DNA from: Laetmonice hystrix
Lineage: Eukaryota
Length of the DNA stretch: 64,000 nt
Assembly (NCBI GenBank): GCA_965235115.1
Contig: OZ249437.1
Location: forward strand, 47,678,001 to 47,742,000
Direction of reading: 5' to 3'
Position 1 is the stretch's first letter; every line of letters begins with the position of its first letter. Shown here piece by piece: positions 36,301 through 50,171 of this stretch. The notes beneath the pieces were generated by a model. It worked only from the letters and a program-made list of their open reading frames with translations. It made no database searches and was not told the origin of the DNA. The translations under genes and the position numbers were made by a program.

Positions 36301-37566
36301 TGTTGTAGTTGGTATATGAATCATCCGGTGCATTCCTGAAAAAGTAAACGCCAGCCTCACCCGATCAGTAAACTAACCTGCGTTTCCCTCCGAAATGCGA
36401 TGGATGTTGCCATCGACATGGAATCCTAGTCAATGCTCAATCTGGCCTGTGCTTCAAAAGCCCGAGAGCGTGCTGTAAGGTCGACTTTCAAAGCTAGGTT
36501 TTTAAACCCACCAACCGTATACAATCGTGTCGACTGGCCACTATATAGATCAAAGGTTGCGTTTTTTGATGAACTATCAAAGGCTAAAATACCACCGCGC
36601 TGAATTTAAACAAAGAATTCAAAGATCGCATGGACAGATGCTCCTCCCGCAGTTGGCAATGGACTGTACAGGCACTTTGCGGTAAAACAGTTAAACTAGT
36701 CCGTGTTGAATATAATCACATTCGGAATAGCGAGGACACGATCTGTCTCTAACAAAAACTTTATATACGGCAGCCTAACGTTCACTAAACGGTATCGAGT
36801 CTAGTGTCGAGGGTAGTCTCATAGTTCAGGTCTATACCCAAACCAGCCTCTATAGCAATCCTCATGCACTTTGCAGGAGACCACAAGAGACCACTCCCCC
36901 ACTTCCTATACACCTTCTACATTTTGGCGATTAGTATCTGAGTGCGGGAAGAACCCCTGACTAAAATGGTTGCCTTGCGAAGATTAGCCGTGCTCGGTGG
37001 GTAAATGTTGTAAGTAGAGTCCACCTAGAGGTGAGTGCGGGGCGGCGTAGCGAGTGGTGAGTTTGATGACTGTCCGTGATAGAGCGGGGATTTAGGCCGT
37101 CCGTGGCAGAGATAGGCACACACCTGGGCACGGTCTGGCGTGGCATGTGTAATGACATCCTTGTGTGGATCAGGATAGGGCAGTCCTCCAAGTCATTCCC
37201 CTCGCCGCCTTGATCCACGGACGCTGAGAGAGGGCCATTGTCCACGGCTGAACCTGCCACTTCCTTTAATACCAATACTTCAATGCTTCATGTCAAACCT
37301 ACCGACCTGACACCAAATTGAATCGTATGAATCAAGGCTGGTGTCAGTGACCAACAACCCCGATTATTCCTTGCTCTAAATCCGGCAGGAGATTATATTG
37401 GCAGCTAAATCCCAGTCCTGTCTCCACGCCGGCATCTCGTGGGCCTTACGTGAGATACTGACCCCTAGGGACATCTCTTCTTGTGTACAACTGACCTCAG
37501 GGTCATCTCACTCATTCACTGATTCAGTGACACAAACCTATCAAACTATCTTTTATTCTCACACAG

Positions 37567-37652
37567 TTCTTTGATGTCTACCGGAACTGGATGACTCTGT
37601 CTATGATCAATATCTCCAATGAACAAATAATAGAAATTAAGACATCAGACAC
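37567..37652 (+). CDS. Candidate isolated exon
   Basis: Acceptor atcttttattctcacacAG, donor AC|GTAAGT. Open frame FFDVYRNWMTLSMINISNEQIIEIKTSD. No partner exons identified. Confidence 0.3.
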
Positions 37653-39077
37653 GTAAGTTTGAATTCCCCTTGATTTCTTTCAATGTCGTTACTATTGTGA
37701 GGCAATATTTCATTAAAAGTTTGATGAATGGGGGGGGGGGCTCCTTTTCTGAAAGCCTAGTCCTCACCAACCCAACCTGTTTGTACGGCTCTTTAAAAAT
37801 TCATGCATTGCCACAAATTCATCAATTCTAGTCATGCTCTCCTAAAAAGATGCCGTATTCGAATATCTATTTCAGAAGGCGCATTGAAGCGCATTCTAGA
37901 ATTCGTCCTGTTCAGAATAAAGTTAAACGTGCACTGGAAGTGAACTAGATTAAATTAGATTTACTTGTATTATGTGAGGAAGCCCATTCTATCCTCTTTG
38001 GTGTGAACAGAATCGAATTCTACGATACGCATTGTGTGGGCACTGTATGGTTGACAATGGTTAGATAGCATTATTTATCCACTGTTGAGTGGTTGAGCCA
38101 ATATCAACTTTCCCATCTGAACCTGCACAGTGCTAGAAGAACTCCAATAAATACGTTTTCGATGGAAGGGATATTTTAATCTGTTTAAAAATTACTTTTC
38201 CACACGAAAGACAAGGCCATCTGAAATAGGAAGGACTTGAGATATTGTTTCTCTTTAGATCGTTCAGATCAAATTTTACCGTGAACCCAACTGTACATGT
38301 CTGCTTTGCCGTCAATAAAATTGTTCGTGCAAAGAGTTCACCATAGCATATTGGTTCGAACCGTCCTTGTTTAAAAGGAGACGTGATATAAGTACAGACT
38401 ACACGCTAGGTCCAGCCATTGTTACTCTGTAAGGTGAGCCACGACCACTGCATAAAAAATCAACCAAACGGCTTCATATTCTCAGCACACTATTCAAGAC
38501 CCTTGAGAACATGAATAACAACCGTTGTACGTGAAGCGAAGAACCATAAAAGGTCTCGATTGTAAATGATAAAAAACCTCACATAGAGAAAGTGATATAG
38601 ATCCTCTACCTTTTATTACTGTCCTCTTATGGATTATCTTTAAATTGAATGATGCAAACAAAAGAAGACATCCATTCCGTTTGTGGAGGAGCGAGTTAAT
38701 ATGAGATAAACCATTTCGTGTCCATGACCTTATATTCATGATGACGGCAAGATATTCGTTTATTCTTTCGATGGGTTGAAAGAAAAACAAAATCGCCTTT
38801 TTTGCCAGAGTCATTCATCATCGGGACTCTGCCACTGTGACAATCACTTTTTACACTGCAAGAGATGAGGTAAAAGACGGCATGTCTTCATATTCACGGA
38901 ACACGGGAAAGCACACATTCTTTTTCTCACCTGAATGTGTAGACGATTCATAGAAAGGTGTACATAAAGCTAATAAGGAAAAGCATCGGGCAGCTTCTTC
39001 TCAAGACGAATTCTTGTCTTGTAATTCCTCTCTTTGTTCAAACTCAGATTTTATCTCTGACGTCTAACAAGCTGTCA

Positions 39078-40791
39078 GTGATATAACAAAGTGATTGGAT
39101 TATGCTGATATCTACTTGTTTCATTGTGATATAACAAAGTGATCGGATTCTGCTGATATCTACTTGTTTCATTGTGATATAACAAAGTGATTGGATTCTG
39201 CTGATATCTACTTGTTTCATTGTGATATAACAAAGTGATCGGATTCTGCTGATATCTACTTGTTTCATTGTGATATAACAAAGTGATTGGATTCTGCTGA
39301 TATCTACTTGTTTCATTGTGATATAACAAAGTGATCGGATTCTGCTGATATCTACTTGTTTCATTGTGATATAACAAAGTGATTGGATTCTGCTGATATC
39401 TACTTGTTTCATTGTGATATAACAAAGTGATTGGATTCTGCTGATATATACTTGTTTCATTGTGATATAACAAAGTGATTGGATTATGCTGATATCTACT
39501 TGTTTCATTGTGATATTACAAAGTGATCGGATTCTGCTGATATCTACTTGTTTCATTGTGATATAACAAAGTGATCGGATTCTGCTGATATCTACTTGTT
39601 TCATTGTGATATAACAAAGTGATTGGATTATGCTGATATCTACTTGTTTCATTGTGATATAACAAAGTGATTGGATTCTGCTGATATCTGCTTGTTTCAT
39701 TGTGATATAACAAAGTTATTGGATTCTGCTGATATCTACTTGTTTCATTGTGATATAACAAAGTGATTGGACTCTGCAGATATCTGCTTGTTTCATTGTG
39801 ATATAACAAAGTTATTGGATTCTGCTGATATCTACTTGTTTCATTGTGAGAGTGATTGGATTCTGCTGATATCTACTTGTTTCATTGTGATATAACAAAG
39901 GGATCGGATTCTGCTTATATCTACTTGTTTCATTGTGATATAACAAAGTGATTGGATTATGCTGATATCTACTTGTTTCATTGTGATATAACAAAGTGAT
40001 CGGATTCTGCTGATATCTACTTGTTTCATTGTGATATAACAAAGTGATTGGATTATGCTGATATCTACTTGTTTCATTGTGATATAACAAAGTGATTGGA
40101 TTCTGCTGATATCTGCTTGTTTCATTGTGATATAACAAAGTGATCGGATTCTGCTGATATCTACTTGTTTCATTGTGAGAGTGATTGGATTCTGCTGATA
40201 TCTACTTGTTTCATTGTGATATAACAAAGTGATTGGATTCTGCTGATATCTACTTGTTTCATTGTGATATAACAAAGGGATCGGATTCTGCTTATATCTA
40301 CTTGTTTCATTGTGATATAACAAAGTGATTGGATTATGCTGATATCTACTTGTTTCATTGTGATATAACAAAGTGATCGGATTCTGCTGATATCTACTTG
40401 TTTCATTGTGATATAACAAAGTGATTGGATTATGCTGATATCTACTTGTTTCATTGTGATATAACAAAGTGATTGGATTCTGCTGATATCTACTTGTTTC
40501 ATTGTGATATAACAAAGTGATTGGATTCTGCTGATATCTGCTTGTTTCATTGTGATATAACAAAGTGATTGCATTCTGCTGATATCTACTTGTTTCATTG
40601 TGATATAACAAAGTGATTGGATTCTGCTGATATCTACTTGTTTCATTGTGATATAACAAAGTGATTGGATTCTGCTGATATCTACTTGTTTCATTGTGAT
40701 ATAACAAATTGATTGGATTCTGCTGATATCTACTTGTTTCATTGTGATATAACAAATTGATTGAACTCTGCTGATATCTACTTGTTTCATT
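39078..40791. repeat. 48-bp minisatellite, ~36 copies
   Basis: Unit GTGATATAACAAAGTGATTGGATTCTGCTGATATCTACTTGTTTCATT. Two 41-bp deletion units at ~39842 and ~40171. Confidence 0.97.
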
Positions 40792-43700
40792 TGGTTTTAA
40801 ACTGTGCATAGACGGGAATGTTCTCAGGCCAAAATCTGCTGTCAGACCTCCTTCCATACCCGCCATTTGCTTCTTTCGGCGCTGGCCTGTTGCTGACGGA
40901 TTCTGTAACACCGACTACATTGGAGTCTCTACAGTCAAGAGGGCGACTGTGAGTCACAATCTGCCCGCAGGTGTTGTGTATGAACTGAGAGGAAAGAATC
41001 GTCGCCTGACAGCAGAAGCCACCCTGGTGCCAAAACACAGTGTTGTCAATGCTGAGCGGAAGCCACCGAGGCACCACGGCTTCCGCGCCCGCAGCCAACA
41101 TCTGGGATCGAACCACGTCCTTTCTTGTGGCAAGCACAGTGCCTTTGTCTCCCTCGTTTCGTCAATGTTTGACCAGTCTCTGACATATATGAAGAATAAT
41201 CCTTACGGTGACCATTTCCTCAGTATATGTTTAATTAGAAAGGGTGTTTTCATTAAGCCAAGGTAAGGACTGGCCATCTCTTTAACTGTTTACACAGACA
41301 GAATTAAATGGGACATTGTAACCATAAACGACAGCAAACAATACAATATTATGACGTTTCACATGCACTGATTCCCAAGTAAAATCCAAACCAGCTGGAT
41401 TTTTTTAAATGAGATCGTTCAGTCTGTCATGTGCCTGGCTTCGCCTGGACTGATGTTCGTTCTGAGACCCATGTCCGTAAACGAGCAGCAGAATGAAACC
41501 ATTTCTTTTATCCTTAACAAGATAACTTTCGTTAAATACGCCAATGGTACGAAAAGTTGACTATCCGCCCTCCTATCCTCCATTCTAAATACATCAAACA
41601 ACTATTCGCAATATTCAGATGAGATGAACTTTACAAAGTTATCTGACAACAGTACTGAAAAGCTGCAACACGCATGCAGCTCAGCAACATACATAAATAC
41701 GAAAGTCAATGTGACGGGAAAGACATCAAAGAATATTCCTATGTGCTCAGTATTTGATTAGGCAAGGTACAATTAGCTTCACTACTGGAATTTTACCAAA
41801 ATAGCTTAATAGTTCGGAATATCAAATCCTTCCATTGGAAATTATTTTAATGCGCAATAACACGACTACAACTATGTTCCCACTCGACTGTCCTCACACC
41901 ACCGTCGCGCGCCATTCACATAAAACTTCGCAAGGGGACATTGTGACAAGGTCATTATCGTACTTTCAGGGTCTCCGTATTCTTACCATTACATGTTACA
42001 TATTTCGCTTATCACTCACAAAAAATCATGATAAAAATAAATCCTCGCGTGTGTATCGCACCTATCTGACTTTGATATCCTACAGAAAATCTCCTTGGTG
42101 AAGGTCTACAAGAAAAAGGCAAATAATCACATTTAGAAAAAAAACGTTCAGACAAGAGATATACCTCGCCACACTTATATCCAAGGAAAGATTCCTAGAT
42201 GTTATTCCCTACCTCTAAGCCACGTGTTATATCTTTATGTCTCAGTCTGACAAGCCAAGCACAAATTTGACAACAGGTTTTTGAACGTGTGTTCTTCAAC
42301 TCTGTCACAATGTTCCTGAAAATTTCTGGGGGAAAAAACAAACTGAAAAGGCTTTGAAAATGAGCCGGTTCATTTGTAATGGACATCTACACGACATGTA
42401 CACTTCAGCATTGGCTGTCATTACCCCTAGCTTTTATAATCGTAGTTCACTTTCTTTCTCACACTGATCTTTCAAGATATTTAGAAAAATAAACTTTTAC
42501 TGAAAGGCTTACATTATCTCGTAATGTGAAGTAAATATTCTATACTTATAAATATCACCCTAGAATATCACCCTGAAATATGAAAACCAAGATATTGATT
42601 GTTTCCAGACATTGTAATCTATTATATTATTTAAACATATAATTTAAAAGTGTTTTGCTTATTTCAAATTGCGTATAAAATATCCATTATCTCCCCTTTT
42701 CTGCATTTCTCACTTGCCACATTATCCATCACACTAGTCCTCTTTATGAATATTGGAGAGAAACTACAGAAACAGTATTTCAAGTTCTTTTTTCAACTTT
42801 GGTGCTCTTGTTGGCAGTCTGTAGCAACTGCAGCGGAAGATGACGGAAGATATTCGTGTAAAGAAGCGGGTACATGTTGGGAGACAAATGGCTGGTTTAC
42901 CACAGACTGGCATCAAAGCATTCTGCCACCGCAACTTTGAAGTACCTTTCGCAGCAAACGAAACAACTCTCCAAACATGCAATCGGCATGTGCCAGTGTA
43001 CCTGCCAAAAGAATCCTGCACTGCTTGGGTAGATACAGGCACCATCAATAAAGCCCGGACCTGACAGTGGGTGCTATTAAAGAAAACAATGCACCGCTTG
43101 AAACGAGAGGACTTGATTGACTTCCTGACACCATCACGGCCGGCCCGTCTGAGGAAGTGTTGCCAACGATGATGAATGACTGACCGGTGTCAAGTCGAGT
43201 GGATACAATCTGCTTAATGCTGTGCATGATTTCAAAAAACTATCCTTCATATAACACCCGCAATATAAACGTCACGCTTCATCGGAGAGTGCATGAGTGA
43301 TGTTAATAAAGTGGCGACCAGTTAGGACAAATTTCTATTTCCTAGACTCTGAACTACAAGGGATAAATGTGGTCTTTACGGCCCTATCCACTCGCAGGCC
43401 GACCCGGCCGGTGCCAACATGTTCACACGGTATCAGTTTTATGGTAGGCCACAGTAAAGGCTTCAGAACTCTTATTTATGTCGACACTCATTGTAATGGA
43501 CACAACCACGCCCATGCATTTGGCAATGGGCGGGTCCGCCCTTCCCAGTGGGTCGTATATATTGGGTGGGAATAAAATATACTTTGGTGGACTCTATAAA
43601 TATTGTAGAACAGAGTTCATGTTCTTAGAGAATCCGTAAGAACTATTTTTGTAAGCTATTTAAAGTATTAAAGTGTATCCAGCCATATCAAACAATGGCC

Positions 43701-45437
43701 AACCCTGCAGACGTCGTCTATCGGTACATTACAACAAGGTGCTCAAAAACCATCTACATGTTTCTGTAGACTATGCCCAGAGCACTCTTTGAAGTCTCTG
43801 GAATGTCTTAAATTACCACATGTAGTTTATAACTACCTCAGGTTTTATTTAAGTGCAGAATTGCCACTTTTCTGTAACTTTAAACTACAAGAAAACAAAC
43901 AACATGGTTTTTTTTACCAAAGTGTAGCTCTTTGTGCAGAGCATTTTTCTAGGTTAGTAATTTCGTCCGATGTATTTTACGACTTGGAAACTTTTGTATC
44001 TTCTATTCCCGTTAATGCTCTTATCTACAAACTCCGCATCCAAACATACTTGGATTTTACGAGGACTGCCTCATGCACACTAACGTGTGATACTCAGTTC
44101 ACAGACAAAGTACTTTAGTAAGCCTGAGTTTAACCGTTCTCTCCACAAACTCCAAGCGGTAAGTCCTTTTGGTTTTCTGACAGCTCGTGCCGATCGTTGT
44201 ATTGTTTCTGGTTTGGTTCTGTGACATTTTTAGTAATCTTGTAACTGGTAAGGGGGCGTCCAGCCACGCCGTCCACCATTTTGTAAAGTGGTCGGCATCC
44301 GCTGATACCCAAGCCGCACGTGCGCACCATTGTTTAACTTTTACTCCCCAAATTAAACTTTTTCATTTTATATCAAACTTATGGACTTTTCTTTTTCATT
44401 TGATCAGTGTTAGTTCGTGGCGGACCGCTCCACAGCAATTGGCGGTCAAACCCGCTCCACGATAATTGGTGGTCAAACCCGCTCTACGACATAAGGACTA
44501 TTTGAGATAGCAGATGGTTACACTGATACTGAAAGAATCTTGTAGTTGTAAAACTCTCTTGAAAACTTCCTGTTCTAAACTTCTCTCGAAAGCAATTAAG
44601 TCACTTTATCAGAGAGGTGCGGTACATCTGCACGTGGAATTAAGAATATCCACATTTTGATCACACAGATTTTGTCTCGAAATCCTTCAGCGTTTCGACA
44701 TACCCATTTAAACCACGAAGTACTTACTAAAAGAAAACTCAACTAATGAGGTAACTGCAGCTGGCATTGTGCTTGGGGCATTAAAAGCGCCTTTCAAAAA
44801 ACGACTTTTAAAATTCCTCCTAATCCTTGGCTTGTGTCACAGTGGTGTTCTGCCTGAATTAGCTCTGGTTCTCGGACCTGGGTTGGGGGACTGGCAATCC
44901 TCGACACCACAACGTACTTCCCACGTGTGAATCTGAAGGCTCAGCCACGGTAGAAGGTCCATGGATAGGAGTGCCGTCGGGACACGACCTTCCTGTCACG
45001 GGAAGTGCAATTAGTGGACACCTTCATTAGTGCCGTGTACTCTGGCTAGCATAGTTATTAGCTGACAACGCAAGGAGTATGTGCACTACGACTGGCTGGT
45101 ACAAGTCTCGGGAAACCATAAGGTCTACATTGATCGAGGATGCCGTGCTGATAGCAACGTCCTATACTAACTAGTCCTATATCGAGCAGTCACGTAAATG
45201 CCCCCTTTCTGTGCAAGTAAATGCTAGAAAATATTTCCGTTTAGTGAAATAAAAAGTAGCTACTAATGAACCATTGAAATGCAATTCTATGAATAACACT
45301 TTTCGTTGCAGAGAAGCTTCCAACGGCAAAAGAATCCACACAAACGTGTGTTTATAAATACATTCACTCCAACTGCTGTCAGAGTTAGCTAAATCTAAAC
45401 TTTGAACAAACTCATATAAATCTAATAACAACACCAG

Positions 45438-45504
45438 GGCCCGGTGGCTTAGACCCACCAATCAGAAGCGTTAAGCCTAAACTTAAGATTTTAGGAACCG
45501 GGCC
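45438..45504. mobile_element. 67-bp Harbinger-like mini-element
   Basis: CAG|GGCCCGGT ... ACCGGGCC|CAG. Shares termini, TSD and an internal CTTAAGATTT motif with 31697-31767. Confidence 0.6.
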
Positions 45505-48500
45505 CAGGTCGAGTCGCATGCGTAATATTCGTCATCAAACAGTGTTACAATATTTCCTTGCATGGCAACATTAATTTTGCTACCCGATCAAAAAGATACA
45601 GAAAAACACTGCAATAACACTTTCATTTGGAACTGATTGATACTGTAGAGACTTTATATTATTGTTGTTAAATTGTTACAGATCATTATGACCACGATCG
45701 GTTTAACCCTGCATGATTTGCATTCAGACTGTAGTTAACCCGGGTGTGGAGTTGACCCGGGACAGTTAATCCCTCCTTCTGACCGAGCTAAGTTAGTCAA
45801 ATTAACCCGGGCTAAGCGCGTTCACACAGAGCTCACCACCACTGACCCGGGTATTACCCGGGGGAAATCTTCAGTGAGAACCTGCACCAGGACCTGACTA
45901 AGCACTGGTTGCGGTGAGAGTTGTGGTTGACTGACTCCACTGATGAAGGCTAGTGTTGTGTGTCGGTATTAGATGACACCGGTGGAGCCTATCTTATTTC
46001 AGTAGAGCAGTCGGACTGAGGGGTTGCGGACTGGCCATAACTCACGTCAACTTGTCCAGGCACACGACCACCAAACACTCGTGTACATTCTCTAGATGTC
46101 CCATGCTATCCGTTCACATGGAGTGACCCGGGTTTTGCACTTCTCATGATCTTTCAGTACTTTGCACTTTCTAGAGACTTCCATGTTTGTTTGTTTTGTT
46201 TTTCTCTCTTTCATATACATGTACATACTTATTATTTTTAGTTAAACGAATAATTTTTTCCAGTCTATTACACGGAATAAACTCGTTCTTCCCAGTGGCC
46301 AATCTTGATCAATGACTTCACCACAGTTATTAACAGTTTCTCTCTGAAAAAAAACCCTAAACATATAAATGCTACTGCAACTACTGAAACTTCCCCCTTG
46401 CTCTCCAGTGATAACGTAGTTCTTCCTATCCACTGGATGTTGACATTGCATAATCAGCTAGCTTCAATCAATTCTGCTTTTGCCCGAGCGTACAACGGTC
46501 AGACTCAGTTCCTGATGTGGATATCGAATATCTCCAGACCAGTAAACGAAACTATATCTTTTTCGCTAGAGCGCAACATAAAACGTACTAGGCCTTTCTT
46601 GATTGTATTGAAAACCGCTAAACATCTGCGGTGGACCTTGTTATTAGATTTTCGTCCCCGACAACTTTTAATGATGTCCTGATTGTCGACATATTCCACC
46701 GACAGTTCTCATTATGAAGCTAGAATCAGAGTCGCATTACATCATTGCTATGCCTGGAGGAACGCCAACCTCCGACCATGGTTGTTGTTTTGTGGTAATG
46801 AGTAGACCTCGTCAAACAGGTTCATTTCGATATCAGGCAATCCGACTATTAGCAATAAACACATACCCGTCTCCGGACTCGCCTGGCCTGCTCCACGTAC
46901 GTCCTAATGTCATCGTCTGCTTCAGTTAACAATAACGAACACTGGGCGCGCGTCAGGCAATGAAACCTCAGTATGCCGCTTGATGAGGCCCAGGAATCGG
47001 ATTTCTCCGACCTGCAGGTATGGTTACCGTGGCCAAAGTAATGATGAACCACTACTTCATCCCCAGGGAAGGGGCTGCTTACTCTCGGGTCGCAACGGAT
47101 AGAGAAAAGTCGAGGATATTCGTCTTGTTATATGAGATAAGTAAATTACCTCAGACTGAGGCTTAATCCTGCAGTTCATACTCTCTCTATACTGCTGCCA
47201 GCACGACACACCAGTATATCCGTATAAAGCTACAGGTCTATTAGGTCATTACTGAATCATTATTTAAACAATAATCTTGAATGAGGCACGCATAAACAAA
47301 TCAATACGTGTATTGGCGTAATTCTGAATGACAAGACTCTCATTTATAAGGCTCTCAATCAGAAGTACTGCGTGGTGGCAATTTGTACAAATCAACATCT
47401 TCCTCTCTAGGTGGTCTTCATATTGCTGCCATCAGGGCTAGATTGTCTACTGCTTCCAGCTCCGACTGCCATGTGGCAACCTAAACACACTCATTCTACC
47501 ATCCCAGAGCGACAGCTGCAACACTAGCATGCTGAGTCCACTAACAGCACTGGACCCACTCCCTGACAGCTGGCTAAAACAAAACCAGTTCACACCGCCA
47601 CCCCTAACGTCAGACAGACTGCACTGACAGTGATTGACAGACACGTTAGTAACACTGACAGTTGGTACACGTTTGTAAAACCGACTATACACGAGTCAAC
47701 CTTCGTCTCCGGAACCTTCCGTTTATGTGTTACACTTAAATTTTCAAAAATTTGAAAACAAAACAATATTGAATACCTTGTCAATCCGATACCATGACTT
47801 TGTATAAAATCAAAGCACACACTCTTTACACTACAACAATATCTATATACCCGCTACCATTCTTCATAATCGATACGTTTCTCCATAGTTTAAACATGCG
47901 CCACATCACTGCCTTACAACGGGCAAAGTATTGGAGGATATGTCATACCTCAATCTGCATGTACTACCTCCTACTGAAAGTGTAATATGCATGACTGGTC
48001 GTCTAACGCACTATAGTTCAATCAAACAGGAATCAAACAAATAATGATAATTAAACTACTTTTTTAGAAGAATCTTTCGAGAATCCAACTACTATTTCCG
48101 TATTTTATATGCTGCACAGTTGTTCTTTCGTGTAAATCTACTTGTTTGCATTTGCATTTTAATCATCACTCTTTTTAAATAGTTATTAGACTTGAGTTTT
48201 TATGACATGAATATATGATGATCATACAATGAAATGACTTTACTTTTCGTGTTGAAATTACACGACCGAAGTTAAAGTGACTTATAAATGAGGCTGCAGG
48301 CTACTCCACCATGAAGTACTGAGGGCATGTAGGAATGATGTCTATTTCATGAACAAAGGCAGCACCTCATTTATAAACATGATCTATGTCTGACTGTAAG
48401 GGCTCCGTCAGAGTTTGCTGTTGACGGTAAACTCATTCCGTGAATATTTATAGACGGAGTGTATGACAAATGCAGTCAGGTATCTGGTAGACGTCATCCC

Positions 48501-49673
48501 GTGGGATTACGGCACATGGAGGCGGCTGGAATATCCATTGATTATCCCTGTCCGGTGTATGGCGTGGCCAATGGCCAGCCGTCAGCAGCGGTCGGCATCT
48601 TTATCACCATTACTTGCCATTGTAGCTGCAATAAACGTGATAAATATACCTGCGAGAAGAGTCCCTCACCGCTTAATATTACACTAAACTCAATTTTATT
48701 TCGTCTCCATCTGAAATAAACTGTTAAATTATATTTTATGGACTATTACTTTTTTTGTTACCGCGTTCATTAACTACTTGATAGGGGATGGACTGTAGAA
48801 CTTTGGTCTTCATTAAGATCACACCGCTACTGCTGAATAACATGCTTCAGAAACTGAAGTCTAGACACGGCAGCCGTCCTAGACAATCCTGACGTCAAGC
48901 AGACACACTCTAGATTTAATACAATTGTGATACTTTAGTCCTGGCCAGTTGCTAATTGTGGAACTGATCTAAAACGATATAAAATGTTGATATAAGATGC
49001 TGATATATCGGCTACACGTTTTTAAAATTGCATTATCTGAACGATGATTCAGATAAATTTATAAATTTAATAATAAAACACGACGGGCAATTTGCGGCTA
49101 GCTAGCAGGACGAATAACTAACTCGATTTATCTACTGTGAGACTGGGCTGTGAGTGTGCATATATCTCTCTCCGTGCTGTCGCCCCCTATATCCCTCTCG
49201 GAACTCTAAACAATCTTTCCCCGATCTCGATTTCTTCAATCTTACACAGACCTGGTGCTAGTTTACGATAAGAAGCCTACACTTAATGCTGAACACTGGC
49301 CATCTACGATTCCCTTGATAGCCAAGTCAGCTCGTACCATTTGTACACGGCAGCACGGCACGGAACTGTCAAGTACAGGCCCGAGTAAACCATCATCATA
49401 AATGCTACCTTGCTCACTGGCATAGGTACCTGTCAATACCACATTATTTTGTCTACAATCTAATCAACAACTTCCTGTGTGCAAACACGGGGTTACGCGA
49501 ATTTAAATCTGGAACTCTTACGAAAAAACAAAAATCAAAACAAAAAACAAAGTTCTTGGAATAAATGTCTATGGCAGCATCACTCTGGTTTGTAAGATTT
49601 TTCTCCAGAGGATTCCGAGAATGGTTATTGCCCATGGTAGCATTCTCATGTAATTCGTTGTACGGATTAGAGA

Positions 49674-50171
49674 CAGGGCAGGGTTAGGGGCAGGGTATAG
49701 GGTTAGGGGCAGGGTATGGGGTTAGGGGCAGGAGAGGGTTAGTGACAGGGCAGGGTTAGGGACAGGGCAGGGTATGTGGTTAGGGGCAGGGTATAGGGTT
49801 AGGGGCAGGGTTAGGGGCAGGGTATGTGGTTAGGGGCAGGGTTAGGGGGCAGGGTTAGGGGGCAGGGTATGGGGTTAGGGGCAGGGTTAGGGCAGGGTAT
49901 GGGGTTATGGGCAGGGTTAGGGCAGGGTATAGGGTTAGGGGCAGGGCATGGGGTTAGGGGCAGGAGAGGGCTAGTGACAGGGCAGGGTTAGGGACAGGGC
50001 AGGGTATGTGGTTTAAGGGCAGGGTATAGGGTTAGGGGCAGGGTTAGGGGCAGGGTTAGGGGCAGGGTTAGGGGTTAGGGGCAGGGTTAGGGGCAGGGTT
50101 AGGGCAGGGTTAGGGCAGGGTATGGGGTTTTGGGCAGGGTTAGGGCAGGGTTAGGGCAGGGTAGGGTTAGG
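49674..50171. repeat. G-rich, telomere-like degenerate array (GGGTTAGGGGCA-based)
   Basis: Many TTAGGG-containing units interleaved with GGGCA/GGGTAT. A ~130-bp block is duplicated at period ~232 (markers at 49731 and 49963). Confidence 0.9.
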
